A stretch of 36,000 nt of DNA from Alphaproteobacteria bacterium (GTDB lineage: Bacteria; Pseudomonadota; Alphaproteobacteria; RS24): NCBI GenBank assembly GCA_965662315.1, contig CBFIHY010000001.1, positions 1 to 36,000 of the forward strand, in the 5' to 3' direction. The position numbers and the translations under genes were made by a program. The first letter of the stretch is position 1; each line of letters opens with the position of its first letter. Below are positions 1 through 9,281 of this stretch, one piece after another. The notes beneath the pieces were generated by a model, which saw only the letters and a list, made by a program, of their open reading frames with translations, did no database searches and was not told the origin of the DNA.

Positions 1-307
1 GTTTCAGCCGCGGCCCTTCACCGGTTTCAAACCATAATTTTTGCCCTAAAGCTTCAGGAATAAGCAAAATATCGGCAAATAAAATTGACGCATCAAAACC
101 GAACCGCCGAATGGGTTGCAAGGTCACTTCTTCGGCCAATTGCGGGTCATAACACAAATCCAAAAATCCACCGGCTTGTTCGCGTGTCGCACGATATTCG
201 GGTAAATAGCGACCGGCTTGCCGCATCAGCCAAATCGGAGGCGGCCCGTCTGTATTGCCTGCCAGCGTCGCCAAAAGTTTTTTCTGAGATGTGCTTTTTT
301 CAACCAT
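1..307 (-). CDS. hemE: Uroporphyrinogen decarboxylase, 5' part (runs off the left edge)
   Basis: Manual translation from ATG at 307: [42 protein letters not shown]...[37 protein letters not shown] is the UROD signature. GAGG lies upstream. Not in the ORF track. Confidence 0.96.
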   Translation of the reverse strand, partial: MVEKSTSQKKLLATLAGNTDGPPPIWLMRQAGRYLPEYRATREQAGGFLDLCYDPQLAEEVTLQPIRRFGFDASILFADILLIPEALGQKLWFETGEGPRLK

Positions 308-607
308 GTTTGTGCTTACCTCTTTTTGTTTATTAATTAAATAAAAGGATGTTGTTGTTGTTGTCACAGGCAATTTCTGTTGATTATTCGAAACGCACAG
401 ATTTCTCCCCAGACATGGCTTTGTGGATAGATGCGTATGAATAATGGGGATGAAAAAAAACCATCCTCAATTCATCCAATGAGAGCGATTAAACTGCAGA
501 AAACAGGCTGATACTAAGAGTCTGAATTATGGGCATAATGGGGATAAATCGGAGCAAAACAAGGCTTCGTGCTTATGCCCTATGTCCACATAGCGGTGTT
601 TTTGAGT

Positions 608-620
608 TAATAACTTGCTT
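608..620 (-). promoter_or_regulatory. Possible IHF site in the origin
   Basis: Minus strand reads AAGCAA-GTTA-TTA, one mismatch to WATCAR-N4-TTR, between DnaA-box clusters. Confidence 0.3.
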
Positions 621-683
621 TAAAGCGCGGGATGATAAATCGTTAGCGGGGACAAAATTTCTTGGCTTGCTGCACGGCGCGAC

Positions 684-701
684 TTATCCTCATTATTCAC
701 A
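684..701 (+). promoter_or_regulatory. Tandem DnaA boxes TTATCCTCA + TTATTCACA
   Basis: A one-mismatch box abuts a perfect TTATNCACA box inside the predicted origin. Confidence 0.8.
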
Positions 702-736
702 TAATTAACCGAAATCTGAGCTTGGCGGAGCGCCCT

Positions 737-1570
737 TTGAGCGTCACTTATTTTCATCTGCATTTAATATCAGACAGCACCGGTGAAACCATTCAGGCGG
801 TGGCCCGCGCTGTCTGTTCGCAATTTGTCGATGCGCAGCCGGTCGAGCATATTTACGGTCTGGTGCGCGGGCAAAAAGCATTGGCGCGGGTGCTGGAAGA
901 GCTGAAGGAAAACCCCGGCCCGGTCATGTATTCCATATTGGATGACCGTTTGCGCCAGAAGCTGCATCAAACATGCGATGCGCTGCGCGTGCCGTGTATT
1001 TCCGTCTTGCAGCCCTTTGTCGAACAATTAGGGCCTTATTTGAATGTTGAAATTTCAAACAAGCCGGGCCGCCAGCACTCAATGGATACGGATTACTTCC
1101 GCCGCATCAATGCGCTGAATTACACAATCCAGCACGATGACGGGCAAAGCCAAGGCGATTTGGACGAGGCGGATATCATTATAACCGGCGTGTCGCGTAC
1201 TTCTAAAACGCCGACCTGCATTTATCTGGCCAATCGGGGCATTAAGGCGGCCAATGTGCCGCTGGTGCCGGGCATGGCCCCGCCGGCCGAACTATTAAGT
1301 GCCAGCCATCCGCTGATTGTCGGTTTGACCAATAGTCCGGAGCGCTTGCAAGCCATTCGCCGCAATCGACTTCTCACGCTAAATGAAGACAGCGAAACCG
1401 AATATGTTGACCCTGAATTGATCCGTGGCGAAATAGCTGAAGCGCGGCGTTTATTTGCCCGGCAAAAATGGCCGGTGATTGATGTCACGCGGCGTTCGGT
1501 GGAAGAGATTGCCAGTGCGATCATGAACTTATATCACGACCATGAGCGGGCGCGGGACCACAGGCCATAA
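737..1570 (+). CDS. Pyruvate,phosphate dikinase / PEP synthase regulatory protein (PSRP, DUF299 kinase/pyrophosphorylase)
   Basis: Motifs HLISDSTGET, HDDG and GVSRTSKTP..YLA. Start moved to TTG 737 (GGAG at 727-730) because the 662 start runs through the DnaA boxes. Confidence 0.93.
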   Translation: MSVTYFHLHLISDSTGETIQAVARAVCSQFVDAQPVEHIYGLVRGQKALARVLEELKENPGPVMYSILDDRLRQKLHQTCDALRVPCISVLQPFVEQLGPYLNVEISNKPGRQHSMDTDYFRRINALNYTIQHDDGQSQGDLDEADIIITGVSRTSKTPTCIYLANRGIKAANVPLVPGMAPPAELLSASHPLIVGLTNSPERLQAIRRNRLLTLNEDSETEYVDPELIRGEIAEARRLFARQKWPVIDVTRRSVEEIASAIMNLYHDHERARDHRP

Positions 1571-1605
1571 ATCGACCATAAAGGGGCCATAAGCGGGCCA
1601 TGCGC
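1562..1605 (+). repeat. Imperfect 11-bp tandem repeat x4 spanning the stop codon
   Basis: aggccataaat / cgaccataaag / gggccataagc / gggccatgcgc. Confidence 0.7.
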
Positions 1606-1639
1606 GAAAACTGGATAAAAATGCGGGACATGATTTTAA

Positions 1640-2227
1640 ATGCAGCTGAATAAAAAACTGACCTTGGCGTCACAAAGTAAAATCCGCGCACAAGTTTTAT
1701 CCGGTGCCGGCTTGGAATTTGCCGTGCAGGTTTCCGGTGTCGATGAGGATGCATTAAAACAAGCCCATCAAGGTGATGCCCAAACCCTTGCCATTGCCTT
1801 GGCGGCGGAAAAGGCGAAAGCGGTAAAAACCGATGGGTTGATTATCGGTGCCGATCAGATTTTGGAATGCGATGGTCGGCTGTTTGACAAGCCACGCGAC
1901 ATGGATGAAGCGCGGCACAATTTACAAATTTTTCGCGGCCGCCAGCATTATCTGGTCGGCGGCGTGGTGCTGGTCGAAAACGGCGATACGCTCTGGCACT
2001 ATAGCGGTCGCGTCAGCTTGACCATGCGCGATTTCAGCGATGAATTTCTCGACGCTTATTTGGCCGCTGCCGGAGAGCGCATTTTAAGTTCGGTCGGCTG
2101 TTATCAGCTGGAGGGTTTGGGAGCGCATTTATTCTCCGCTATTGATGGCGATTATTTTTCCATTCTGGGCCTGCCACTATTGCCGGTTTTGGACGGTTTG
2201 CGCCGGCATGGCGGCCTTATCGGATGA
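1640..2227 (+). CDS. maf: Maf family nucleoside triphosphate pyrophosphatase
   Basis: LASQS..R, VDED, IIGADQIL, KP, GCYQLEG, GDYFSILGLPL; typical position before aroE. Confidence 0.93.
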   Translation: MQLNKKLTLASQSKIRAQVLSGAGLEFAVQVSGVDEDALKQAHQGDAQTLAIALAAEKAKAVKTDGLIIGADQILECDGRLFDKPRDMDEARHNLQIFRGRQHYLVGGVVLVENGDTLWHYSGRVSLTMRDFSDEFLDAYLAAAGERILSSVGCYQLEGLGAHLFSAIDGDYFSILGLPLLPVLDGLRRHGGLIG

Positions 2228-3129
2228 GCGCGCCTGACAAAAATGCAGCTGACAAAAAAGCGGCGATAAAACTGGCAATTATCGGCTGGCCGGTCACCCA
2301 TTCGCGCTCGCCGCTCATTCATAATCATTGGCTGGCGGCGCATAAAATCAACGCTCATTATGGCCGCTATCCGATCGACCCAAAGGATGATTTTAAAGCC
2401 CGCCTGCAAGCAATGGCGGCGGATGGGTTTATCGGTGCCAATGTAACCATTCCGCATAAAGAGGCGGCGTTTGCCGCGATGGATGCGGTCAGCTCGGCAG
2501 CGCAAAAACTGGGTGCGGTCAACACAATCAGTTTTCGCGACGGGGCTTTATATGGCGCCAATACCGATGGCGATGGGTTTCTCGCCGGCCTCGATGATGC
2601 GCAAGATGCCGTGAAAGAGGTGGCGGATTGGCGCAAAAAACCGGCCTTGGTGTTGGGTGCGGGCGGCGCAGCCAGGGCGATTATCGCGGCGCTTGGGCGC
2701 GCCGGTCTCAGCGATATCCGATTGGTCAATCGCACGCGTGAAAAAGCTGAAGCCTTATCGGGCCTGGTTGATTGTTTGAGCATTGGTGATTGGCAAGACA
2801 GAGAAAGGCTGGCTGACGGCTGTGGCCTTTTGGTCAACACAACCAGCCTTGGTATGCAGGCGCAGCCGCCGCTCGACATGGCGCTTGACGGCTTGCAGCC
2901 GAAAGCCATGGTCAGCGATATTGTTTATACACCGCTCATCACGCCGCTTTTATCGGCTGCCAAAGCGGGCGGTCATATTGGCGTGGATGGGCTTGGCATG
3001 CTGATGCATCAAGCGGCTTTGTCGTTTGAGATTTGGTTTGGCACCAAGCCGCCCGTCGATAAAACTTTGCGTGATTTACTGCTGGCTGATTTAAACGCCG
3101 TTTCTGATAGTGATGAAAATAGGGACTGA
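2224..3129 (+). CDS. aroE: Shikimate dehydrogenase
   Basis: GWPVTHSRSP, GANVTIPHKE, GAVNT, NTDG, GAGGAARA, NRT, GLGMLMHQA. Confidence 0.96.
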   Translation: MSAPDKNAADKKAAIKLAIIGWPVTHSRSPLIHNHWLAAHKINAHYGRYPIDPKDDFKARLQAMAADGFIGANVTIPHKEAAFAAMDAVSSAAQKLGAVNTISFRDGALYGANTDGDGFLAGLDDAQDAVKEVADWRKKPALVLGAGGAARAIIAALGRAGLSDIRLVNRTREKAEALSGLVDCLSIGDWQDRERLADGCGLLVNTTSLGMQAQPPLDMALDGLQPKAMVSDIVYTPLITPLLSAAKAGGHIGVDGLGMLMHQAALSFEIWFGTKPPVDKTLRDLLLADLNAVSDSDENRD

Positions 3130-3133
3130 TAAA

Positions 3134-3781
3134 ATGTATTTAATCGGATTGACCGGTTCTATCGGAATGGGCAAATCAGCAACGGCGCAAATATTCAGCC
3201 AAGCCGGCGTGCCGGTTTATGACGCTGATGCAGCGGTCCACGCCCTATATGAAAAAGACGGGGCGGCGGTGGCCCCAATCGCCGCTTTAGTTCCCGAAGC
3301 TGTTCGCGATGGGGCGGTTGATCGTGCGGTTTTGGGCCAGCATGTTTTAAAAGATGCCGATAAGTTGAAGCAGCTGGAGGCAATCGTTCACCCGCTTGCC
3401 GGACAAAGCCAATTTGAATTTCTAACTAAAGCACAAGCCGATGGCGCGGCGGCGGTGGTTTTGGATATTCCGCTTTTATTTGAAACCGGCGGCGAGGCTT
3501 TTGTCGATTGCGTGGTGGTGGTGTCGGCCCCGTTTGAATTACAAAAACAAAGGGTCTTGTCCCGCCTCGGCATGAGCGAAGAGCGGTTTAACGATATTTT
3601 GGCCAAACAAGTGCCCGATAAAGACAAGCGCGCCAAAGCCGATTTTATTGTGGACAGCTCGATATCGCTTGAAGACGCGGCCACCCAAGTGCGTGCTATT
3701 TTAAAACAAATTGAAGGCCGCGACGGCACGGCTTTGGCGGCGCGTATGCAGCGTTTTGAAGGCGCGCAAACAAATTCATAA
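3134..3781 (+). CDS. coaE: Dephospho-CoA kinase
   Basis: IGLTGSIGMGKS P-loop, DADAAVH, LEAIVHP, DIPLLFE. Start placed at ATG 3134. Confidence 0.96.
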   Translation: MYLIGLTGSIGMGKSATAQIFSQAGVPVYDADAAVHALYEKDGAAVAPIAALVPEAVRDGAVDRAVLGQHVLKDADKLKQLEAIVHPLAGQSQFEFLTKAQADGAAAVVLDIPLLFETGGEAFVDCVVVVSAPFELQKQRVLSRLGMSEERFNDILAKQVPDKDKRAKADFIVDSSISLEDAATQVRAILKQIEGRDGTALAARMQRFEGAQTNS

Positions 3782-3823
3782 ATTCGCCGTCAAATTGGCA
3801 TTAAAACGGGAGAAAAGCGGCTG

Positions 3824-4549
3824 GTGCGGGAAATTGTTCTAGATACGGAAACCACCGGATTGGACCCGAAAAGCGGCGACCGGATTGTCGAGATTGGCTG
3901 TCTTGAGCTGGTCAATCGTTTGCCGACCGGCAATACTTATCACGTCTATATCAATCCGCAGCGCGATATGCCGCGCGAGGCGGAAGCGGTGCATGGGCTG
4001 AGCGAAAAATTTCTCGCGGATAAGCCGTTATTTGCCGAGATTGCCGATGAGTTTGTTGCTTTTGTTAAAGGGGCGGCGTTGATTATTCATAATGCGGCTT
4101 TTGATATGAAATTCCTAAACGCCGAATTGGCGCGTTTGGGGCGCGATGATTTGCGTGACAATGAGATTATCGACACGCTGAGCATGGCACGCAAAAAATT
4201 TCCGGGTGCGCCGGCCAGTCTCGATGCATTATGTCGCCGTTTCGGAGTGGATAATTCCAATCGCGATTTGCACGGCGCGCTAATCGATAGCGAGCTTTTG
4301 GCCGGCGTCTATTTGGAATTATCCGGTGGGCGTCAGCCGGGCTTGGTTTTTCAGGCAGCGCAATTGGCAGATGCGAACACGCCCAGCGCCGCTGCGCCCA
4401 ATCATCCGGTGCAGCCGCGCCGCCGCCGTGAGACGCCCTTGCCATTGCGCTTGTCAGCGGCCGAAGAAAAAGCCCATCAGCAATTTTTAAAAGACCTGCC
4501 GCAGCGCGCTTTGTGGTTGGCGGATACCGGCACTGACGAGATAAATTAG
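3824..4549 (+). CDS. dnaQ: DNA polymerase III epsilon subunit
   Basis: ExoI DTETTG, ExoII HNAAFD, ExoIII HGALIDS; C-terminal EEKAHQQF tail. Confidence 0.96.
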   Translation: MREIVLDTETTGLDPKSGDRIVEIGCLELVNRLPTGNTYHVYINPQRDMPREAEAVHGLSEKFLADKPLFAEIADEFVAFVKGAALIIHNAAFDMKFLNAELARLGRDDLRDNEIIDTLSMARKKFPGAPASLDALCRRFGVDNSNRDLHGALIDSELLAGVYLELSGGRQPGLVFQAAQLADANTPSAAAPNHPVQPRRRRETPLPLRLSAAEEKAHQQFLKDLPQRALWLADTGTDEIN

Positions 4550-4553
4550 TCGC

Positions 4554-5066
4554 CTAATTAATCGACTGGTTATCGCCGCCCTCTTGCTCAGCCGCTTGGC
4601 CTTGCTGATAGAGGGACAGAAAATCAATCGGATCCAGCATAATCGGCGGATAGCCGCCATCGCGTGTCGCATCTGCCAGCACACGGCGGGCAAAGGGAAA
4701 TAATTGCCGTGGCGCCTCGATGAGCATAACCGGACGAATTTCTTCTTCCGGTATATTCATCAGGCGAAACACGCCGCAATATTCCAATTCGGCAATAAAT
4801 TGCACATTGTCTTCGGCCTTGGCTTCAATGCGAAATTTCAACCCAACCTCGTAATCCGTATCGTTCAGCTTGCGCGCGCCGACATTGGCATTAACTCCAA
4901 TCTCTGGCTGTGTGCCGCCGAAATTCGGTGCGCCCGGATTTTCAAAAGATAAATCGCGGACATATTGCACCATAATTTGTAAGCTCGGCGCGGCTGTTTC
5001 TTGTCCCGCTTGCGGGTCATTATTTTGGTCAGTATCAGACGAATTATCAGACGAATTATCGGACAT
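4554..5066 (-). CDS. secB: Protein-export chaperone SecB
   Basis: QYVRDLSFENP, LFPFARR, GGYPPIMLDPIDF. Confidence 0.96.
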   Translation of the reverse strand: MSDNSSDNSSDTDQNNDPQAGQETAAPSLQIMVQYVRDLSFENPGAPNFGGTQPEIGVNANVGARKLNDTDYEVGLKFRIEAKAEDNVQFIAELEYCGVFRLMNIPEEEIRPVMLIEAPRQLFPFARRVLADATRDGGYPPIMLDPIDFLSLYQQGQAAEQEGGDNQSIN

Positions 5067-5180
5067 GGGCTCAGCCTTTCGGTCTCATGGTCTCAATCTC
5101 ATTATCACCCCCGATTTATCAAGGGGTTAATTTATCTGCCGCGACTTTAGCGATTTTTGTCGATTAGAAAAGCGTATTTA

Positions 5181-5675
5181 TCATTTACGTTCATCGTCAT
5201 CGACGCGGTAATCGCCTTCAATAATCTGCGGGCCCGCATCTGAATTTTGTTGCCCCTCGCCGCCGCTATCGCGGTTCCCTCGTGCTTGGTTTTGCGGGGT
5301 AAAAACCGCTTTACTGATAAACGGCATAACCAGACCCAAAACCGCCTCTAAAACAATCAGCCGTATAAAGCCGATAAGCAATAAAATGCCGATTGTGTCG
5401 GTGAAAAACCCCGGCAAAAGCAACAAGCCGCCGCCGATCAGAATGAGCAAGCCATGCGCGGCCGCAGCAACCGGCGGGCGACCCGCCGCTTGTGCCATTT
5501 GCGCCTCGGCTAAAACCGCAAGCCCCTGGCGACGCATGGCATTCATTCCGTAAATGGCGGTCGCCAATATCAGCAACAGCGTCCATCCGGTTCCGATAGC
5601 ACCGCCAATCTCGATAAAAAGATAAATCTCGATAATCGGCAGAATAATCAAAAGCGCAAGCAATGTGGCGGCCAT
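5181..5675 (-). CDS. fxsA: FxsA family membrane protein
   Basis: PIIEIYLFIEIG, LLLLPGFFTD, C-terminal IIEGDY. Start at ATG 5675 with AAGGA upstream. Confidence 0.9.
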   Translation of the reverse strand: MAATLLALLIILPIIEIYLFIEIGGAIGTGWTLLLILATAIYGMNAMRRQGLAVLAEAQMAQAAGRPPVAAAAHGLLILIGGGLLLLPGFFTDTIGILLLIGFIRLIVLEAVLGLVMPFISKAVFTPQNQARGNRDSGGEGQQNSDAGPQIIEGDYRVDDDERK

Positions 5676-5778
5676 AAAGGGTTCCTTTCCTGCGCCAGCA
5701 TAACGCAGCATCGGTGAAATACCAGCGCTTTGCATTTTCGGAAAAAATCGCCATATTGACGGCAGAAAAGGAAAACTT

Positions 5779-6570
5779 ATGGATCCTCTCAATCTGATTT
5801 TATTGATTATTGTTGCCCTCATCGGCTGGCGTCTGCGCTCGGTTTTGGGCACACGCAATGATGATGAAAAACCCGGTAGCCGCGCTGATGCCTATCGCCT
5901 CAATCGCGATGCCTTTGCCAATAGGCCGGAAGAATTGGAAAAGCCCGAGGAGGCCCCGCAAACAGAGAGCGCCCCGCAGACAGAGGACGTCCCGCAAACA
6001 AAAGCCCCTGCCGCCGACGAGACAGGAGCGCGCGATGATGCACCCGAAGCAGGAGACGCGGGCGAAGCGGCAGAAGCTGTGGCAAGAGAGACTGAGACGC
6101 CGCAGGGTGATGCGCCAATGCCGCAAATGGGGCGCGGCCTGGCATTTTTGCGCGAAGTCGAGCCGCAATTTGACGAAGCCGGTTTTCTGGATGGTGCGGC
6201 CAGTGCCTATGAGATGATATTGACCGCTTTTGCCAATGGCGATTTATCGCCGGTTGAAGGGTTTTTGGGCCCTGAGGTGACCGACGGCTTTGCCGCTGCG
6301 ATTGTGGCGCGGCGCGATAATGACCAGCAATTGGTGACACAGATTTTGCGTATGGACCGTCCGCTTTTGGAAGATGCAACCATTAGCGAGACGCATATTC
6401 AATTGGATGTGAGATTTCGTGCCGAAATAATTTCAGCGGTGTTTCCCGCCGCTCAAGAGGTCGGTGACGATGAATTGCCGGCCCCGACCAGCAGCCTCGA
6501 TGTTTGGCGTTTTGAGGGGCAGCGCGGCAGTGCACCGAATTGGACATTGATAGCGACACAGGCTGAATAG
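5779..6570 (+). CDS. Tim44/TimA-like membrane-anchored protein
   Basis: N-terminal TM helix followed by RLRSVLG; FDEAGFLDGA..AYEMILTAFANGD; DVWRF...WTLIAT; divergent from fxsA/secB as usual. Confidence 0.88.
   Translation: MDPLNLILLIIVALIGWRLRSVLGTRNDDEKPGSRADAYRLNRDAFANRPEELEKPEEAPQTESAPQTEDVPQTKAPAADETGARDDAPEAGDAGEAAEAVARETETPQGDAPMPQMGRGLAFLREVEPQFDEAGFLDGAASAYEMILTAFANGDLSPVEGFLGPEVTDGFAAAIVARRDNDQQLVTQILRMDRPLLEDATISETHIQLDVRFRAEIISAVFPAAQEVGDDELPAPTSSLDVWRFEGQRGSAPNWTLIATQAE
5947..6000 (+). repeat. In-frame 18-bp repeat x3 (EEAPQT/ESAPQT/EDVPQT) in the Tim44 linker
   Basis: gaggaggccccgcaaaca / gagagcgccccgcagaca / gaggacgtcccgcaaaca. Confidence 0.8.
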
Positions 6571-6597
6571 GTGGCGGCCGTTGCGCCATAATGAATA

Positions 6598-7173
6598 ATG
6601 GTGAAAAAACCCGACAATAAATTAGGCAGTAAATCAGGCGATAAAGCATGGGCACGCCTGAAAGCCAGCACCAAGCCATTGCCCGCGGCGGCCAAAAACC
6701 GACATTTGGAAACCGCATCGGCAAAAAAATCACTGACAAAAAGACCACCGACAAAAAAAGCTACCGCAAAAACCGATAATGTGCCGGCTTTTCCGCGCGG
6801 CGAAAAAATAAATACCCCGCCAGCCCCCAAAAAACCGCCACCGCGCATTGGTCTCGACCAAAAAGCCAAAAGGCGCTTATCGCGCGGCCATATTGATATT
6901 GAGGCGCGGCTTGATTTGCACGGCATGAGCGTGGCTGAAGCGCATCGCTCCTTGATCGGTTTTGTTTCGTCTGCCGCGGCGCAACAAAAAACCTGGCTGT
7001 TGGTCATTACCGGCAAAGGCGTGCGCGGTGAGGGTAAATTGCGCGCGACGTTGCACGATTGGCTGGCAACACCCCCCTTATCGGCGCAAATTGCCGAATA
7101 TGGCGCGGCCGCCTCTAATCATGGCGGCGATGGCGCGTTTTATTTGCGCGTTAGGCGCAGCGCCCGTCCATAA
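6598..7173 (+). CDS. Smr/MutS2-domain protein
   Basis: RLDLHG, LVITGKG, HGGDGAFYLRVR; basic N-terminus. Confidence 0.92.
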   Translation: MVKKPDNKLGSKSGDKAWARLKASTKPLPAAAKNRHLETASAKKSLTKRPPTKKATAKTDNVPAFPRGEKINTPPAPKKPPPRIGLDQKAKRRLSRGHIDIEARLDLHGMSVAEAHRSLIGFVSSAAAQQKTWLLVITGKGVRGEGKLRATLHDWLATPPLSAQIAEYGAAASNHGGDGAFYLRVRRSARP

Positions 7174-7189
7174 TATAAAATACACCGCG

Positions 7190-7258
7190 TCAACGAGGCT
7201 TTATCTCTAGCGCCTCATCAACGAGGCTTTATGTCTAGCGCCTCATCAACGAGGCTTT
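7190..7258 (+). repeat. 28-bp tandem repeat, ~2.5 copies, with internal inverted repeat
   Basis: tcaacgaggctttatctctagcgcctca (7190-7217), tcaacgaggctttatgtctagcgcctca (7218-7245), tcaacgaggcttt (7246-7258). Confidence 0.95.
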
Positions 7259-7313
7259 GAAAAACCGTCGAATTTTGTTAGAAGAAGCGGGCTTGATAAA
7301 GGAGTGCATCATC

Positions 7314-7910
7314 ATGGCACGCATCGGTGAAAAATCTCGCGCCACCAAAGAGACCTCGATTAAGGTTAAGGTCAATCTGGACGGCACCGGCGATTATAAA
7401 GTATCGACCGGCATTGGTTTTCTGGACCATATGCTGGAGCAATTATCGCGCCATTCTTTGATCGATATTGAGGTCGAAGCCAAGGGCGATTTGCACATTG
7501 ATTTTCACCACACGACCGAAGATACCGGCATTGTGCTGGGGGAAGCGGTGCGCGAGGCGTTGGGTGATTTCAAGGGCCTGACGCGCTATGGCAGTGCTGT
7601 CATTCCGATGGATGAAACTTGCACACGTGTCTCGCTGGATGTCTCGCAACGCCCTTATTTGATTTGGCAGGTTGACCTGTCCAAGCCGAAGCTGGGCAAT
7701 ATGGACACGGAATTGTTTAAAGAATGGTTCCAAGCCTTTGCGCAGGCGGCGGGTATTACCTTGCATGTCGAAAACCTATATGGCGAAAACAATCACCATA
7801 TTGTTGAGAGCTGTTACAAGGCGCTGGCGCGTGCTTTACGCCAAGCAATTGAAATCGACCCGCGCAAGGCTGATGCCGTGCCGTCAACCAAAGGCGTGTT
7901 GGGCAGTTGA
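7314..7910 (+). CDS. hisB: Imidazoleglycerol-phosphate dehydratase
   Basis: [39 protein letters not shown] at 7299-7304 supports ATG 7314. Confidence 0.97.
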   Translation: MARIGEKSRATKETSIKVKVNLDGTGDYKVSTGIGFLDHMLEQLSRHSLIDIEVEAKGDLHIDFHHTTEDTGIVLGEAVREALGDFKGLTRYGSAVIPMDETCTRVSLDVSQRPYLIWQVDLSKPKLGNMDTELFKEWFQAFAQAAGITLHVENLYGENNHHIVESCYKALARALRQAIEIDPRKADAVPSTKGVLGS

Positions 7911-8554
7911 GCCGACAAACATCTTCGATTGTCATTATTGATTATGGCTCGGGCAATTTGCGCTCGGCCGAAAAAGCGTTTCAACGTTTTGCCGGCGCGC
8001 GCCCCGTGCATGTTACCGCTGACCCGCAGCGCGTGCTGGCGGCTGACCATATTGTTTTGCCCGGCGTTGGTGCGTTTGGCGATTGTGCGCATGGGGTCGG
8101 CGCGATTGCCGGTTTGCGCGACGCCCTCCAGCAGCGTGTCATTGATGAGGGGCGCCCGTTTTTGGGCATTTGCGTCGGCATGCAATTAATCTGTGCGCAA
8201 GGCTTGGAGCGCGGCACGCATCAAGGCTTTGGCTGGTTTGATGCCGAGGTGTGCGCGCTTTCAGCCAAGCCGCCGCTCAAAATTCCGCATATGGGGTGGA
8301 ATAGGATTCACTTAAACACGCCGCATTATGTCGCTGATGCGGTGCAAGACAGGGATGTTTATTTCGTCCATAGCTATGCCGCGCGCGCGCGCAGCGAGGC
8401 CGCGCAGGCGCAAATTATCGGCACCACTGATTATGATGGGCCGGTCAGCGCGATAATGGCGCGTGATAATGTGCTCGGTGTTCAATTTCACCCTGAAAAA
8501 AGTCAAGCCGCCGGGCTTGCTTTAATCGAACGGTTTTTGGAGTGGCGGCCATGA
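7907..8554 (+). CDS. hisH: Imidazole glycerol phosphate synthase, glutaminase subunit
   Basis: [38 protein letters not shown]. Confidence 0.97.
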   Translation: MSRQTSSIVIIDYGSGNLRSAEKAFQRFAGARPVHVTADPQRVLAADHIVLPGVGAFGDCAHGVGAIAGLRDALQQRVIDEGRPFLGICVGMQLICAQGLERGTHQGFGWFDAEVCALSAKPPLKIPHMGWNRIHLNTPHYVADAVQDRDVYFVHSYAARARSEAAQAQIIGTTDYDGPVSAIMARDNVLGVQFHPEKSQAAGLALIERFLEWRP

Positions 8555-9279
8555 TTTTATTTCCGGCAATTGATTTGAAACAAGGCCAATGCGTGCGCCT
8601 CGAACAAGGCGATATGGCGCGCGCCACCGTGTTTAATGACGACCCCGGCGCGCAAAGCGCGGCATTTGCCGAACAAGGGTTTTCGCATTTGCATATTGTT
8701 GATTTGGACGGCGCGTTTGCTGGTACCAGTGTCAACCGAGAGGCGGTCGAGGCAATCGTTAAAGCCAGTCCGGCAAAGACACAATTGGGCGGCGGCATTC
8801 GCAGCATGGCCGATATTGAGGGCTGGCTGGCGGCCGGTATTGACCGCGTGATTTTGGGCACGGCGGCGCTCCGCAACCCTGATTTGGTTATTCAGGCCTG
8901 CCGCGCTTTTGCCGGCCGCATCGCCGTTGGCATTGATGCGCGCGGCGGCTTTGTCGCGGTTGAAGGCTGGGCTGAAGCGACCGAAATGAAAGTCGAAGCG
9001 CTGGCGGCGCGGTTTGAAGATGCCGGTGTAGCAGCCTTGATTTATACCGATATTGACCGCGATGGATTGCTGAAAGGGGTCAATTTGGCGGCCACTGAAA
9101 AGCTGGCTGAAGCGACCGCCATTCCGGTAATTGCTTCGGGCGGTCTTGCCGGCCTTGATGATGTCAAAGCGATTATCGCGCTTGAAGATAAAGGCATTAT
9201 CGGCGCCATTTCGGGCCGTGCTCTATATGATGGACGGCTGGATGCGAAAGCCGCCTTGGCCTTGGAGGCAGTGGTTTAG
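8551..9279 (+). CDS. hisA: ProFAR isomerase
   Basis: [39 protein letters not shown]; ATGA overlap with the hisH stop. Confidence 0.97.
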   Translation: MILFPAIDLKQGQCVRLEQGDMARATVFNDDPGAQSAAFAEQGFSHLHIVDLDGAFAGTSVNREAVEAIVKASPAKTQLGGGIRSMADIEGWLAAGIDRVILGTAALRNPDLVIQACRAFAGRIAVGIDARGGFVAVEGWAEATEMKVEALAARFEDAGVAALIYTDIDRDGLLKGVNLAATEKLAEATAIPVIASGGLAGLDDVKAIIALEDKGIIGAISGRALYDGRLDAKAALALEAVV

Positions 9280-9281
9280 CC

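Larger units (their letters stand above)
308..736. other. Chromosomal replication origin (oriC), predicted
   Basis: Lies between divergent hemE and the PPDK-regulator gene, the established origin location in many Alphaproteobacteria. Contains an AT-rich tract (322-346), DnaA-box-like 9-mers TGTGGATAG 422-430, TGGGGATAA 539-547, TTATCCTCA 684-692 and TTATTCACA 693-701 (exact TTATNCACA), TCCCCA W-box-like motifs at 406, 445 and 539, and a GANTC at 518-522. Confidence 0.88.

Noticed and set aside
85-336. 83-aa + strand ORF
   Set aside because: Antisense shadow of hemE.
330-720. CtrA boxes (TTAA-N7-TTAA) in the origin
   Set aside because: Only half-sites or wrong spacing (e.g. N9 at 607-623); no full site found by eye.
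662-736. N-terminal extension of the PSRP ORF
   Set aside because: Runs through DnaA boxes; the RBS supports TTG 737.
7190-7258. CRISPR array or His-leader attenuator
   Set aside because: Units are contiguous with no unique spacers, no cas genes are nearby, and there is no His-codon leader peptide.
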